Virus record (IMG/VR): IMGVR_UViG_3300020583_000224
Span: 32,001-96,000 of that record
DNA from: a virus
Length of the DNA: 64,000 bases
Strand: one strand, 5' to 3'
Shown here in pieces: positions 1 through 9,601 of the stretch (positions are counted from its first letter, which is position 1; each line of letters begins with the position of its first letter). Position numbers and translations under genes: made by a program. Under the pieces are notes generated by a model. The model had not been told where the DNA came from, did no database searches, and saw only the letters and a list, made by a program, of their open reading frames with translations.

Positions 1-147
1 GTCTATACGGGGGATGGGGCGCTCGCCGACATTCGCGGGCTTGAGGTCGATCACATTTACCCGCGAGCCCTGGGCGGCTCCAACGAACTGTCGAACCTGC
101 AGACCCTTTGCTCGGACTGCAACGCGAGGAAGGGGGCGCGGGTCTGA
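1..147 (+). CDS. HNH endonuclease, 3' end (5' truncated by window)
   Basis: Frame 1 reads ...LEVDHIYPRALGGSNELSNLQTLCSDCNARKGARV*, a classic DH-x-P-x-GG...NL-x-LC-x2-CN-x2-K HNH motif; TGATG overlap with the next gene; absent from the ORF track. Confidence 0.9.
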   Translation, partial: VYTGDGALADIRGLEVDHIYPRALGGSNELSNLQTLCSDCNARKGARV

Positions 148-1241
148 TGGCGCGCATCCGCTCCGTGAAGCCAGAGTTCTGGGTCGACAGGTCGTTCGTG
201 CGCAAGGTGCCGGACCGGACCATGCGCATGCTGTACATGGCGCTGTGGAACCTCGCCGACGAGCACGCCCGGCTGATGGCGGACGTGTCGTATCTCAAGG
301 GGCACATCTTCCCGTATCCCGAGGACGCGGACCTGACGCCCGAAGTAATCGACAAGATGCTCGACCACCTCGCTGACGTGGGGAAAGTCGTCCGATACAC
401 GGCCGACGGCGACGACTACCTTTTTCTGCCAACCCTGCACCGGCATCAGCGGCTCGAGGCGAACAAGGTCCCGTCAAGAATTCCACCCCCCCCTGGATTT
501 AATGACGGGCCGCGCGGGGGTGGCGGAAAAAGAAATGGCGCGCACGGCGCTGAATCCATGCAGCTCAGCCTGACGATCGATGATCGCGCAGACGAGTCGG
601 CGCACGGCGCATACGTATATGAGCCCGGCGCAGACGAGTCTTCGCTTTTTTATGGAGCCTGGGACAGGGAGCCTGGTTCTTTTTCGTCGGAGGCTTCGCC
701 CCTCGACGAGGAGCGCGACGAGAGCCTCGCGACCGTCTACGAGTTTCCCGGCGGCGAAGTCGTCCCCGAACCCGCCGAGGAGCCGACGCCGAAACGCGGA
801 CGCCCGAAGATCGCCGACATTCCGCGCCCCGACGCCGATGCCCTGTGCGCCCGCCTTGCCGAACTGATGATCGGCAACGGCTGCAAGCCGCCCGAGGTCA
901 CGAAGAAGTGGCGCGACGCCGCCCGGCTGCTGCTCGACGCCGACAAGCGCGAGTTCGACAAGGCGATGCGACTGCTCGAGTGGTGCCAGAAAGACGAGTT
1001 CTGGCGAACCAACATCCTGTCGATGCCGACGTTCCGCAGGCAGTACGAGCAACTGCGGCTCAAGGCCAACTCCGAGTGGAAACGCGGCAACGTCCCACGC
1101 CAGCGCCCCGACAGCGACCTCGGCACCGCGACGCACATGCAGCGTTTCCGCGCCCGGCAGGCCGAACGCGCCAACGCCGGCATGACCCAACCCGCCCAGC
1201 AACCCGCCTTGGAGGTGTTCCCGTGGGACCGGACGAGCTAG
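147..1241 (+). CDS. phage replication initiator (replisome organiser-like)
   Basis: N-terminus MARIRSVKPEFW...LYMALWNLADEH; C-terminal W-x-QKDEFWRTNILSMPTFRRQYEQL motif; directly upstream of loader and DnaB. Confidence 0.85.
   Translation: MARIRSVKPEFWVDRSFVRKVPDRTMRMLYMALWNLADEHARLMADVSYLKGHIFPYPEDADLTPEVIDKMLDHLADVGKVVRYTADGDDYLFLPTLHRHQRLEANKVPSRIPPPPGFNDGPRGGGGKRNGAHGAESMQLSLTIDDRADESAHGAYVYEPGADESSLFYGAWDREPGSFSSEASPLDEERDESLATVYEFPGGEVVPEPAEEPTPKRGRPKIADIPRPDADALCARLAELMIGNGCKPPEVTKKWRDAARLLLDADKREFDKAMRLLEWCQKDEFWRTNILSMPTFRRQYEQLRLKANSEWKRGNVPRQRPDSDLGTATHMQRFRARQAERANAGMTQPAQQPALEVFPWDRTS
540..690. repeat. candidate iterons/origin inside the initiator gene
   Basis: GCGCAGACGAGTC at 586-598 and 628-640; GCGCACGGCGC at 540-550 and 600-610; T-rich tracts follow. 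Confidence 0.5.
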
Positions 1242-1639
1242 AGCAGATCACGCAAGGCATCAAGGCGCTGTGCCCGGCGCAGAAGTGGGACGAGTACTCG
1301 CCCGACGTGTGGCTGCAAGTGCTGCGCCGCGTGTCGTTCAAGGACGCGTCGCTCGCTTTGGAGCGGCTCGGCGCCAGGCAGCCTTGGATCGGCGCGTCGG
1401 ACATCGCGACCGAGGTGAGGGCGATCCGGCGGGCCCGTGCGGAACGCTTCACGCCGATGCCGAACGACGTCGAGGGTGTCGCGTTCGAGGACGAGTACCG
1501 GGTGCTGCGTGAGGCGGTCGCGGACGGCCGCATGACGCAGGCGGATGTCGCCGCCTATAACCGGTGGGGCGGCTCGCTGTTCCTTGAGCAGCAGCAGCAC
1601 GCGCTCACTGCCGCATCGGTGCGGGGTGAGATCGCGTGA
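1223..1639 (+). CDS. putative helicase loader/inhibitor (G39P-like)
   Basis: GGAGG RBS then GTG; ...DVWLQVLRRVSFKDASLALERL...WIGASDIATEVRAIRRAR; lies between initiator and DnaB. Confidence 0.6.
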   Translation: MGPDELEQITQGIKALCPAQKWDEYSPDVWLQVLRRVSFKDASLALERLGARQPWIGASDIATEVRAIRRARAERFTPMPNDVEGVAFEDEYRVLREAVADGRMTQADVAAYNRWGGSLFLEQQQHALTAASVRGEIA

Positions 1640-2979
1640 ACGACTACGAGCGCGTCCCGCCGCAGGACCCGAACGCGGAGATGGCGGTCCTCGGCGGCGT
1701 ACTGCTGTCGAAGGCCGCGCTCGAGGAAGTCACGGAGATCCTCGACGACGGCTCGGACTTCTACCTGCCGAAGCACCAGAACCTTTACGAGGCGGCTCTC
1801 GCCGTCTACGGCCGGAGCGAGCCCGCGGACGCGGTCACGGTTGCGCGCGAGATGGACCGGCGCGGCGAACTCGTGCGCGCTGGCGGCCCGGGCTACCTGC
1901 ACGAACTGATGGAGTCGGTCCCGAACGCGGCCAGTGCCGGCTACTACGCGGAGATCGTGCACGAGAAGGCGGTGCTGCGGCGGGTCATCCAGGCCGGCAC
2001 CCGGGTCGCACAGATGGGCTACGAGACCGACATCGACGACGTCGGCGAGATCGTCGACCGCGCCCAGGCTGAAGTGTTCGCTCTCTCCCGGGACCGCGAC
2101 AAGCAGCCCGAGTCGTCGAACAGCGACGAACTGGACGCGATGCTCGAGGAGATCGAGCACCCGACCGCGGAAGGCATGCTGACGGGTCTCGCGGACCTGG
2201 ACGCGCTCACGCACGGCCTGCACTCCGGGCAGATGATCGTGGTCGCGGCCAGGCCCGCCCTTGGCAAATCGACCCTGTCAACAGACTGGCATCGGCAGGC
2301 GTCAGTCAAGCGCGGCGAGCACTCCATCCTGTTCTCCCTCGAAATGGGCAAGCGGGAAATCCTCAAGCGCATCCTGTCCGCCGAAGCCCGCATCCCCCTG
2401 CACCACCTGAGCGGCGGCCAGATGGCCGAGCGCGACTGGGACCGCGTCAACGAGCATCGCGGCCGGATCGACTCGGCGCCGCTGCACATCATCGACGACG
2501 CGTACACGCTCAACGACATCCGCGTCAGGGCCCGCAGTATCGCCCGCAAGCACCCCGTGAAGCTGATCACCGTCGACTACCTGCAGCTGATCAGCGGCGC
2601 GAGCAGCAAGCGCAACGGCACCCGCCAAGAGGAGGTCTCTGAGACCTCCCGCAGCCTGAAGCTCCTCGCGAAGGAACTCGGCGTCCCGATCGTCGCCGTC
2701 GCGCAGCTCAACCGGGGACCCGAGCAGCGCACCGACAAGAAGCCGGTCATGTCCGACCTGCGCGAGTCAGGGTCACTGGAGCAGGACGCCGACGTCGTGA
2801 TCCTGATCCACCGCGAAGACGCCCACGAGAAGGAAGGCCCGCGCAGCGGTGAGGCCGACCTGATCGTCGCGAAGCATCGCAACGGGCCGACCGCGATCGT
2901 GGCCGTCGCCTTCCAAGGGCACTATGCCCGCTTCGTGGACCTGGCCAGGCAGTGGTCACCCCACGACGCAGCCCGCTGA
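1636..2979 (+). CDS. dnaB: replicative DNA helicase DnaB
   Basis: PPQD..AE..VLG N-domain; Walker A AARPALGKS; SLEM; DYLQL; QLNR; DLRESGSLEQDAD; AKHRNGP. Confidence 0.97.
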   Translation: MNDYERVPPQDPNAEMAVLGGVLLSKAALEEVTEILDDGSDFYLPKHQNLYEAALAVYGRSEPADAVTVAREMDRRGELVRAGGPGYLHELMESVPNAASAGYYAEIVHEKAVLRRVIQAGTRVAQMGYETDIDDVGEIVDRAQAEVFALSRDRDKQPESSNSDELDAMLEEIEHPTAEGMLTGLADLDALTHGLHSGQMIVVAARPALGKSTLSTDWHRQASVKRGEHSILFSLEMGKREILKRILSAEARIPLHHLSGGQMAERDWDRVNEHRGRIDSAPLHIIDDAYTLNDIRVRARSIARKHPVKLITVDYLQLISGASSKRNGTRQEEVSETSRSLKLLAKELGVPIVAVAQLNRGPEQRTDKKPVMSDLRESGSLEQDADVVILIHREDAHEKEGPRSGEADLIVAKHRNGPTAIVAVAFQGHYARFVDLARQWSPHDAAR

Positions 2980-3112
2980 CACCCCAGCCGACCGGACCAA
3001 TCCGTTAAATGGCCTGGTGGCCATACCAATTTTCGTCTCGACCGGACCAACCGATCACTGGAGGAATCATGACAGATCAGACATCGCAGCCGGACGACTT
3101 TGGCGGCGCGGC

Positions 3113-3469
3113 GTGAGCGGGGCCGTGAGCGCCGCCGAGCGTGCGGCGGGCATCCGTAGACCAGGAAGCGCCGTGCGGCCCTCAGCGCCTCTCGTTGGTG
3201 CCGTCTCGGGGGCGCCTGGGTCTGAGCCCGGTTCGCGGGATGCTGCGAGTACTGCTCGGCGCCCTGCCCCGCGGAAGCCCGACAAGCGCGTGCGTGAACT
3301 GCTGGCTCACCCGGCGGGCACGATCCTCGCGGACCGTTTCGGCCGGGCCGTGCAGCGCATGGAGTCGGGCGGGTTTTGGATGCTGGGCGAGCAGTGGCCG
3401 CATCTGGCGTCGGAGATTGTGGATCTGGGGCCGTTCGAGGTTCTGCGCCGGCCGGGCGGTGCGTCATGA
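3113..3469 (+). CDS. hypothetical protein
   Basis: GTGA-coupled to a 15-codon ORF (3069-3116) and ATGA-coupled to the next gene. Confidence 0.55.
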   Translation: MSGAVSAAERAAGIRRPGSAVRPSAPLVGAVSGAPGSEPGSRDAASTARRPAPRKPDKRVRELLAHPAGTILADRFGRAVQRMESGGFWMLGEQWPHLASEIVDLGPFEVLRRPGGAS

Positions 3470-3900
3470 CGCTGCTTGCCGAGTCGCCGCCGCTGCTGTC
3501 GCGTCGCATGCTGCCGGTCGAGCGCCGGATCCTGCTCGCTCTCGCCCGCGGCCGAACCCGTGCACAGATCGAGGCGCATGAGTGCCTGTCGCGCACGGTG
3601 TTGAGTGCGCGCATCACGGACCTGCACAGGCTGTTCGGGGTGTCGTCGAGCGCGCACATGGTGGCGCGGGCGCATGCCGCCGGGCTGCTGGAGCGGGACC
3701 GGGTTCTGCGGCCGGCGCTGCGTGACGTGGATCTGCGGCGTTTGCGGCTGATCGCGGACGGGGCGCCGGATCGTGAGATCGGGCCGCGGTCGACTTCGAG
3801 GGTCGCGTCGTCGGATCTGTACCGGCGGCTGGGTGCGAAGAACCGGCCTAATGCCGTTCACCTGGCGTTTTGCGCTGGCCTGCTGGGCGGTGCGTCGTGA
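3466..3900 (+). CDS. tandem LuxR-type HTH regulator
   Basis: Two LuxR-like repeats: ERRILLALARGRTRAQI...LHRLFGV...AHAAGLL and LRLIADGAPDREI...LYRRLGAKNRPNAVHLAFCAGLL. Confidence 0.8.
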   Translation: MTLLAESPPLLSRRMLPVERRILLALARGRTRAQIEAHECLSRTVLSARITDLHRLFGVSSSAHMVARAHAAGLLERDRVLRPALRDVDLRRLRLIADGAPDREIGPRSTSRVASSDLYRRLGAKNRPNAVHLAFCAGLLGGAS

Positions 3901-4271
3901 CGGCGTCGTTGAAGCTGCGCCCCGCAGTGGGCCGCCGCTCCCTCGTGGACCGGTTGAAATTCCTGGTGGACGAGGCGCGGCGCCTGCCGAACCGCGCGCT
4001 GGGCGAGGCGTTCCGGCTGCAGTTGGAGACGGCCTTGGCTGCGGCGGAGACGGGTGCGGACGAGACGGCGATCCTGCGTGCCGAGGCCGCGGACCGCGAG
4101 CACGCCCGTGGCGCGTTGCAGTCGGCTCGTGCGGATGTCGCGGCCCTGACGGTTTCGATCGAGGGCATGGATCCGTCGCTGCTGTCGAAGGCGTGGCTGG
4201 TGGAGCGCCTGCAAGGCGTGGTTTCGCGGGTGGATGAGTCGTTGAAATCGAAGGAGTCGACAGGTGTCTGA
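3897..4271 (+). CDS. hypothetical coiled-coil protein
   Basis: Coupled overlaps at both ends, GC3-rich codons. Confidence 0.6.
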   Translation: MTASLKLRPAVGRRSLVDRLKFLVDEARRLPNRALGEAFRLQLETALAAAETGADETAILRAEAADREHARGALQSARADVAALTVSIEGMDPSLLSKAWLVERLQGVVSRVDESLKSKESTGV

Positions 4272-4617
4272 GGTCGTGTTGGACCGGTTCGGTCGGCCGT
4301 TGGGTAAGCGCGCGCAAGAGACCCGTGGGCGAGTGTTGGACGCGCTACGGCTGCTGATCGAGAAGCCCGGCCGGGACGCGGCTTGGTCGCGCCTGACGCC
4401 GATCGCGGTGGCACGGGAGGCGGGCGCGAGTCCGGCGTCGTTCTACGGCTATTTCGACGATCTGGAGGACGCGGTGATCGAACTGGCGGTGCACCTGGAG
4501 GACGCGGGGGAGAAGTTCCCTGATCACCTGTCGGGGATCCTCGGACTGCTCGCGATCGAGGGTTGGGAACTCCCCGAGTTTCCTAAGCGGGCCGAGGCGG
4601 TGGCCGTCGATGCTTGA
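4264..4617 (+). CDS. TetR-family HTH protein (short)
   Basis: RAQETRGRVLDA...LTPIAVAREAGASPASFYGYFDDLEDAV. Confidence 0.8.
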   Translation: MSEVVLDRFGRPLGKRAQETRGRVLDALRLLIEKPGRDAAWSRLTPIAVAREAGASPASFYGYFDDLEDAVIELAVHLEDAGEKFPDHLSGILGLLAIEGWELPEFPKRAEAVAVDA

Positions 4618-5212
4618 GATCCCCTGCGCCGCCTGCACCCGCCGCGCGGCGAACCCGGAGGCCCCGTGGTGGCGCGACCTGCTCGCCGAACTCGACCTCG
4701 GCCATGACCAGATTGCGCACCGCACGTACTGGGCGCTGATCCAACGCGGCATCACCGGGCGTCGCCTGGAGACGGTGACGGACGCGGAACTGCTTGCGCT
4801 GCCTAGCTTCGGCGCGGGGATGCTCGCTCGTCTTCGCGGTGCCATGCCCGCCCCGGCTTCGGGGTGCGTGTTCTGCGACATCGCCACCGGCCGGAAACCT
4901 GCGACGGTGGTGCGGGATTGGCCCGACGTGTTCGCGATCGTGCCGCTCAACCCTGTGGTCGAGGGGCACACGCTGGTGATCCCGAAGGCGCATGTGCGGG
5001 ACGCGACGGTGAATCCGGCGGTGACCGGCGCTGTGATGCGTAGGGCGGCCCAGTTCGCCCGTGAGGCCGGTGGCGACTGCAACCTGATCACGTCCATGGG
5101 TCCGGCGGCGACACAGAGCGTGCCGCACCTGCATGCGCATGTGGTGCCTCGTTCCGCAGGTGACGGACTGCCGCTGCCGTGGACGCCGCAGCAGACGGGA
5201 GTTGCGTCGTGA
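4610..5212 (+). CDS. HIT-family nucleotide hydrolase with N-terminal RNAP alpha-CTD-like domain
   Basis: CVFC zinc motif, PLNPVVEGHTLVIPKAH and QSVPHLHAHVVPR histidine triad; N-terminus LAELDL..RTYWALIQRGI...TDAELLALPSFGAGML resembles alphaCTD. Confidence 0.85.
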   Translation: MLEIPCAACTRRAANPEAPWWRDLLAELDLGHDQIAHRTYWALIQRGITGRRLETVTDAELLALPSFGAGMLARLRGAMPAPASGCVFCDIATGRKPATVVRDWPDVFAIVPLNPVVEGHTLVIPKAHVRDATVNPAVTGAVMRRAAQFAREAGGDCNLITSMGPAATQSVPHLHAHVVPRSAGDGLPLPWTPQQTGVAS

Positions 5213-5676
5213 GCAACCGGAAGATCCCCCTGCCGGGCGGCGTCCTGAACCCGGTCGTCGCCGAGTTGAAGGCCCGCCGTATCCGCGCGGGCCTGACTCA
5301 GCGCGCTGTTGCGGAGCGTATGGGGTGCACGCAGGTCGCGTTCAGCCGCTGGGAGTCAGGCACGCGCGACCCGGACCTGCCGACGACCCAGCGTTGGGCC
5401 ACAGTGCTCGGCCTGGGGCTGTACGTGGAGTCGCTGGATGTCCTCGGCGCCGGGGACATGGCGGAGGCGTACGGCCGGGGCTGGGAGGCGTGTGCCGCGG
5501 CGGTTGCGGCAGCAGTGAAGCGGGGCGACGCCACGCCTGCATGCTCCGAGTGCGGCGGCCGTCCGAAGCGCGGCCTGGTCAAGTCCGAGAACGACCAGAC
5601 GTGGCAGTGCGACGGCTGCTACACGGACTTGGCCGGGCGGCTGCCGGACCACACGAGCTCGGATGGTGCGTCATGA
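5209..5676 (+). CDS. XRE-family HTH protein with C-terminal CxxC...CxxC
   Basis: LKARRIRAGLTQRAVAERMGCTQVAFSRWESGTRDP. Confidence 0.85.
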   Translation: MSNRKIPLPGGVLNPVVAELKARRIRAGLTQRAVAERMGCTQVAFSRWESGTRDPDLPTTQRWATVLGLGLYVESLDVLGAGDMAEAYGRGWEACAAAVAAAVKRGDATPACSECGGRPKRGLVKSENDQTWQCDGCYTDLAGRLPDHTSSDGAS

Positions 5677-5999
5677 CCTGGACCGCGCTGGTCGGCGCTG
5701 CGGGCGCGTGGATCGGGACGTTCGCGTGCATCCCGCCGACGTGGCGGGTCGTGCGGCGCCAGTCCGCCCGCGACTACTCGTGGTGGGGGGCTGCGGGCTC
5801 AATGCTGGCGATGACGTGCACCCTCATCTACCTGGGATCGCTCGGCAACTGGCTTGCCGTGACCGCGCAGGCCGCGTGCTACGTCGCGTATCTCGTGATC
5901 GTGGTGGTGAAGTGGCGCACCGAGCGGGCGCGCAAGGCTTCGGAGTCGGCCGGCGAGTTGCGGCCGGTCGCGGACGACAGCGCGGCAGTGACAGCGTGA
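5673..5999 (+). CDS. PQ-loop/SemiSWEET-like 3-TM membrane protein
   Basis: GAWIGTFACIPPTWRVVRRQSARDYSWW...LIY.G...W, three hydrophobic helices, ending VVKWR. Confidence 0.65.
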   Translation: MTWTALVGAAGAWIGTFACIPPTWRVVRRQSARDYSWWGAAGSMLAMTCTLIYLGSLGNWLAVTAQAACYVAYLVIVVVKWRTERARKASESAGELRPVADDSAAVTA

Positions 6000-6473
6000 T
6001 CGGCCTCGAGTCGTACTGCCTGGCCTGCGACCGCCAGCTCGCCCCGCCCGCCGTGTACCGCCGCGAGCGTGGGCCATTCCTGCACGTGCCGGTAATCCTC
6101 GGCTTGCTGTGGGTCGCGGTCGTGCTCGGGATTCCGGCGCTGATCGTCGCCGAGGTGATGTCGTGACGCGCTACTGCAACGAATGCGGCCACAGGCTGAC
6201 CGCCGTCGAAGCCGCCCGTGCGGACAAGTACGAGAAGACCATCCTGCGGCGCGTGGCCGCCTTGGCGGTCGTGTCCGTCGGCCTCGGGATGACCCTGGCG
6301 TCCCTGATCATCCTCGTGGCCGTTGCGTGGTCGCGATGACCCGCCGCCGCGCGTCCTACAAGATCCGCTGCTGGCAGATGATCGGGACCGCAGTCGCGGT
6401 CGCGCTGCTCGGGTGCACGGTCACGCTCGCGGCGCACCTGCTCGGGTGGCTTGTCAGCGGGCGATGGTCATGA
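5996..6473 (+). other. three small coupled single-TM proteins (5996-6166, 6163-6339, 6336-6473)
   Basis: GTGA/ATGA overlaps; each has one hydrophobic helix; two start with CxxC. Confidence 0.6.
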
Positions 6474-6475
6474 AC

Positions 6476-7018
6476 CTACGGCTCCTGCGGATACAGGTCG
6501 CGTTCGGGCACGAGGCTCGCGTCTCGGGCATGCTCGATGAGGCGGTACGGCCAGAGCGCCGGATCGTCGTCTGGGTACTGGCTGAGCACCTCGCTGACCC
6601 ACTGGGCGCCTTTGCGCTTCTGGAGGCCTGCAGCAAGGTTCTCGACGTGCGCTTTCGGCAGCCCGGCGATGTCGGCAGCCACAGGCGCATGCGTTGCCTC
6701 GGCGGGCGCGGGCTCCGGGACTGTCGAGGATGCGGCTACCGCTTGGCGCGGCGAGCCGGCCGCAATCTTCGGCTTTGCGTCGCGGCCGACGGTCGGTTCG
6801 CGGAGTCGTTCGATGCCGTGGTTGCGACCCAGGCGCCGGAAGACCTCATCCGCGAGTCCGGTGAGTTCGGCCATGTCGGAGACGGTGGCGCCGTTGCGCA
6901 TGTCGCGGACCGCGCGCTCGTCGATCCCCTTGCGCATCTGCTTCACGGTTTCGTGGGCGCGCTTGTATCGCCGGTAGTAGTCGGCGTCTTCGGGGGCGGG
7001 CGTGTACTCGGTGGCCAT
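6476..7018 (-). CDS. HTH DNA-binding protein, probable local repressor
   Basis: DMRNGATVSDMAELTGLADEVFRRL helix-turn-helix; divergent from 7163. Confidence 0.65.
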   Translation of the reverse strand: MATEYTPAPEDADYYRRYKRAHETVKQMRKGIDERAVRDMRNGATVSDMAELTGLADEVFRRLGRNHGIERLREPTVGRDAKPKIAAGSPRQAVAASSTVPEPAPAEATHAPVAADIAGLPKAHVENLAAGLQKRKGAQWVSEVLSQYPDDDPALWPYRLIEHARDASLVPERDLYPQEP

Positions 7019-7078
7019 GGCCACCAGTTTCGCATAACAACTAGGCCAACGCCAGGGGCGACGCCTTGGGCAAATCGT

Positions 7079-7126
7079 TGGCCAACATCTGGGCCTATTG
7101 ACAGGCCAACGCGTGGGCCTGACAAT
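7079..7126 (+). promoter_or_regulatory. sigma70-type promoter with two imperfect palindromic operators
   Basis: TTGACA (7098-7103), 17 bp, GACAAT (7121-7126); TGGCCAACATCTGGGCCT (7079-7096) and AGGCCAACGCGTGGGCCT (7103-7120). Confidence 0.75.
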
Positions 7127-7162
7127 GGAGGTGTCAGGGAATGCGAGACCGAGGAGCCGACC

Positions 7163-8716
7163 ATGCTGATCCACCAGATCGCCCGCCACATCGCCACCCA
7201 GGCCAGCCGGCGCGCCAACCGGACCCGCATCGGCTCGCACAAGTCCGTGGGCCGCCTGCGTGCCGTCCTCGCCAGCCTGGCCGCCCGCTGGAACCGCGCA
7301 CACCACCCAGCGCCCTACCTCACCGTCGCCGACTACATGACCGACACCCTGCGTATGGACCGCGAAGACGCCCGCCGCTACGCACCCCCGCTCGGCGGCC
7401 ACGTCCGCAAGGCCTACGCCGCGAAGTTCGGCCACGCCCCGACCGACACCGTTCTCGTCGTCGTCGGACGCGGACCGGCGCTTGCCCACCCCAGGATCGT
7501 GACCGCGACCGCGTACGAGCCGGGCGACATCGCCGTCCTCAACGCCGGGGCTCGTAACTACAAGCGCACCGCCGCCCTCCTGAACGGAGCCTCCTGATGA
7601 CCAACACCAGCGTGGCGCCCTACGCCGTCGGCGATCGCGTGTCCGTCGCCTACGAGGCCGACGACGTCTGCGACATTCTGCGCACCGAAGCCACTGTCGT
7701 CGAAGTCAGGCCGGTGACGCCTGCATGGAACCTCAGCCTGCAATGGTGGGAGGTCCGCTGTGCCGGGGTGCCGAACCGCCGCACGGTGACGTGGCTCGTG
7801 GACGCTTCCGGTCGCGATGTCTACCCCTTCCCGAACGCCCAGACACCGGACGGCCTGCCGTGGATCGCCAAGGCCGACCCGATCGGAGCCTCCAATGACT
7901 GAGAACCTGCCCGAGCTGGTCCCGCACTGCGAGAAGCACGGCCCGATGACGCTGCGCCCTGCCGCCGTTCAGACGAAAGAGCAACTGTGGTGCGGCGCCT
8001 GGTACGACTGCACGTCCGTCGAGTTCGGCCAGCGGTGCGGCGTCTCGGCCCTGACCGAGTCGAAGGCGTTGCGTGCGCAGCTCGACGAGAAGCGTGCAGC
8101 ACGGGCCGCTCGCGTGGCTGCGGGCACCAACATGCGCACTGCGCTGATCGGAGCCTGACCGTGCGCAAGCGCATCGATGTCTTCTGCGACATGTCGTCGC
8201 TCGCCCACCGCATGTCCGACATGCGCGACCGTTCCTGCCCCGAATACCTCGCGGCCGTCCAGGAGATGAACCGGCTGCGCGGCGAACTGTGCCGCGTGCA
8301 GGGCGTCGCCGAGCGGGATATCACGCCGGACGGCTACAACATCTCGGACAGCGCCTACGAGTCGGTCCGGGCGGACTGGATCTACAACCTGAACCAGATC
8401 GACGGCCACAAGTACCTGGACGGCGCGCGGGCGGCATACGCGAAGTGGATCGGGCTGCGCCCCGACCTCACCGAGGGCGACGACTGGTTCGCTGAAGTCG
8501 AGGTGTCCGAGGATGCCTGAAAACGAGCCCTTGACCCGCGACGCCTACCTCTATCCGCTTCAGCTGGACATGATGCGCGACCGTCTCGTCGAGCAGGGCG
8601 ACTACCCGGCTGGCATGACGCTGTGCGAGGTCGCGGGGATGAACGGTGACGCCCCGGCCGGGGTGGGCTGCCCGTTCTACGGCGAGGACTTCTGCACCTG
8701 CGACCCGGTCGACTGA
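7163..8716 (+). other. operon of five hypothetical genes (7163-7597, 7597-7902, 7895-8158, 8161-8520, 8513-8716)
   Basis: GAGGAG RBS before 7163; overlapping starts and stops; GC3-rich codons. Confidence 0.7.
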
Positions 8717-8750
8717 CCACTACTTCCACACCATCTAGGAGGACTTGACC

Positions 8751-9005
8751 ATGAGCGACTGGCGGCACGACGCCGCATGTGTAAATACGGACCCTGAGTT
8801 GTTCTATCCGATTGGATCTACAGGGCCGGCACTTCTTCAGATCGAGGACGCCAAGGCTGTCTGCCGCAGGTGCGTCTCGATCGATGCTTGCCTCCAGTTC
8901 GCTTTGGAGGCCGGGATCAACGAGGGCGTCTGGGGCGGCATGAGCGAGACGGAGCGAAGCGCCTTGAAGCGCCGCGCCGCCCGCGCCCGATCGCGGATGG
9001 CCTGA
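8751..9005 (+). CDS. whiB: WhiB-family Fe-S transcription factor, WhiB1/WblE-like
   Basis: DWRHDAAC..DPELFYPIGSTGPALLQIEDAKAVCRRC..C..GVWGG..ER; four Cys; AGGAGG RBS. Confidence 0.95.
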   Translation: MSDWRHDAACVNTDPELFYPIGSTGPALLQIEDAKAVCRRCVSIDACLQFALEAGINEGVWGGMSETERSALKRRAARARSRMA

Positions 9006-9006
9006 C

Positions 9007-9601
9007 ATGGCGTCGATCACCCGCGATTTCCCGCTCGCCCAACTTGTGGATTGGGACGTCCCATACTCGGACGACGCGATCCACACGACGAGTGAGTGGT
9101 GCGTGTTCCGCGCGCCTGACGACGGCTTGGTCTACCGGATCGACCTGAGTCCGCAGGCCGCCGAGTGCAACGACATGTACTGGTACGACGACATGCCCCG
9201 GGTGGTGACGGCCGAGCGTGTCGAACTGCGTCAGGCGCTTACCGACGCGTGGACGCCGGTCGAGACCGAGAACGGAGTTTGACATGCCTGACTGGACCCC
9301 GGCCGGCACTGACGCGGATCTCGACACGATCCTGGACGGCGAGTTCGCGTGTACTCGCGTGTGGGAGGCGTGGCAGGTCGGCACGATGACGCAGGACGAC
9401 TTCACGCCGATGGCCGAGACCGAGATCGTGAGCGACTTGCTCGCCTGGCGTGACGCGGCTGTGCACGCCGCCATCGAGCGCGCCGTGCAGCGGTTCCGCG
9501 AGAACCCCATGTGGGCCACCGCAGCCTCTTGGAACGGCGCCCAGCAGGCGGCCGAGTGGTTCGCGGCGCTCGCTACTGACCTGAATGGAGACGACCAGTG
9601 A
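9007..9601 (+). other. two hypothetical genes (9007-9282, 9284-9601)
   Basis: Adjacent ORFs with phage-like composition, coupled to the next gene. Confidence 0.65.
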
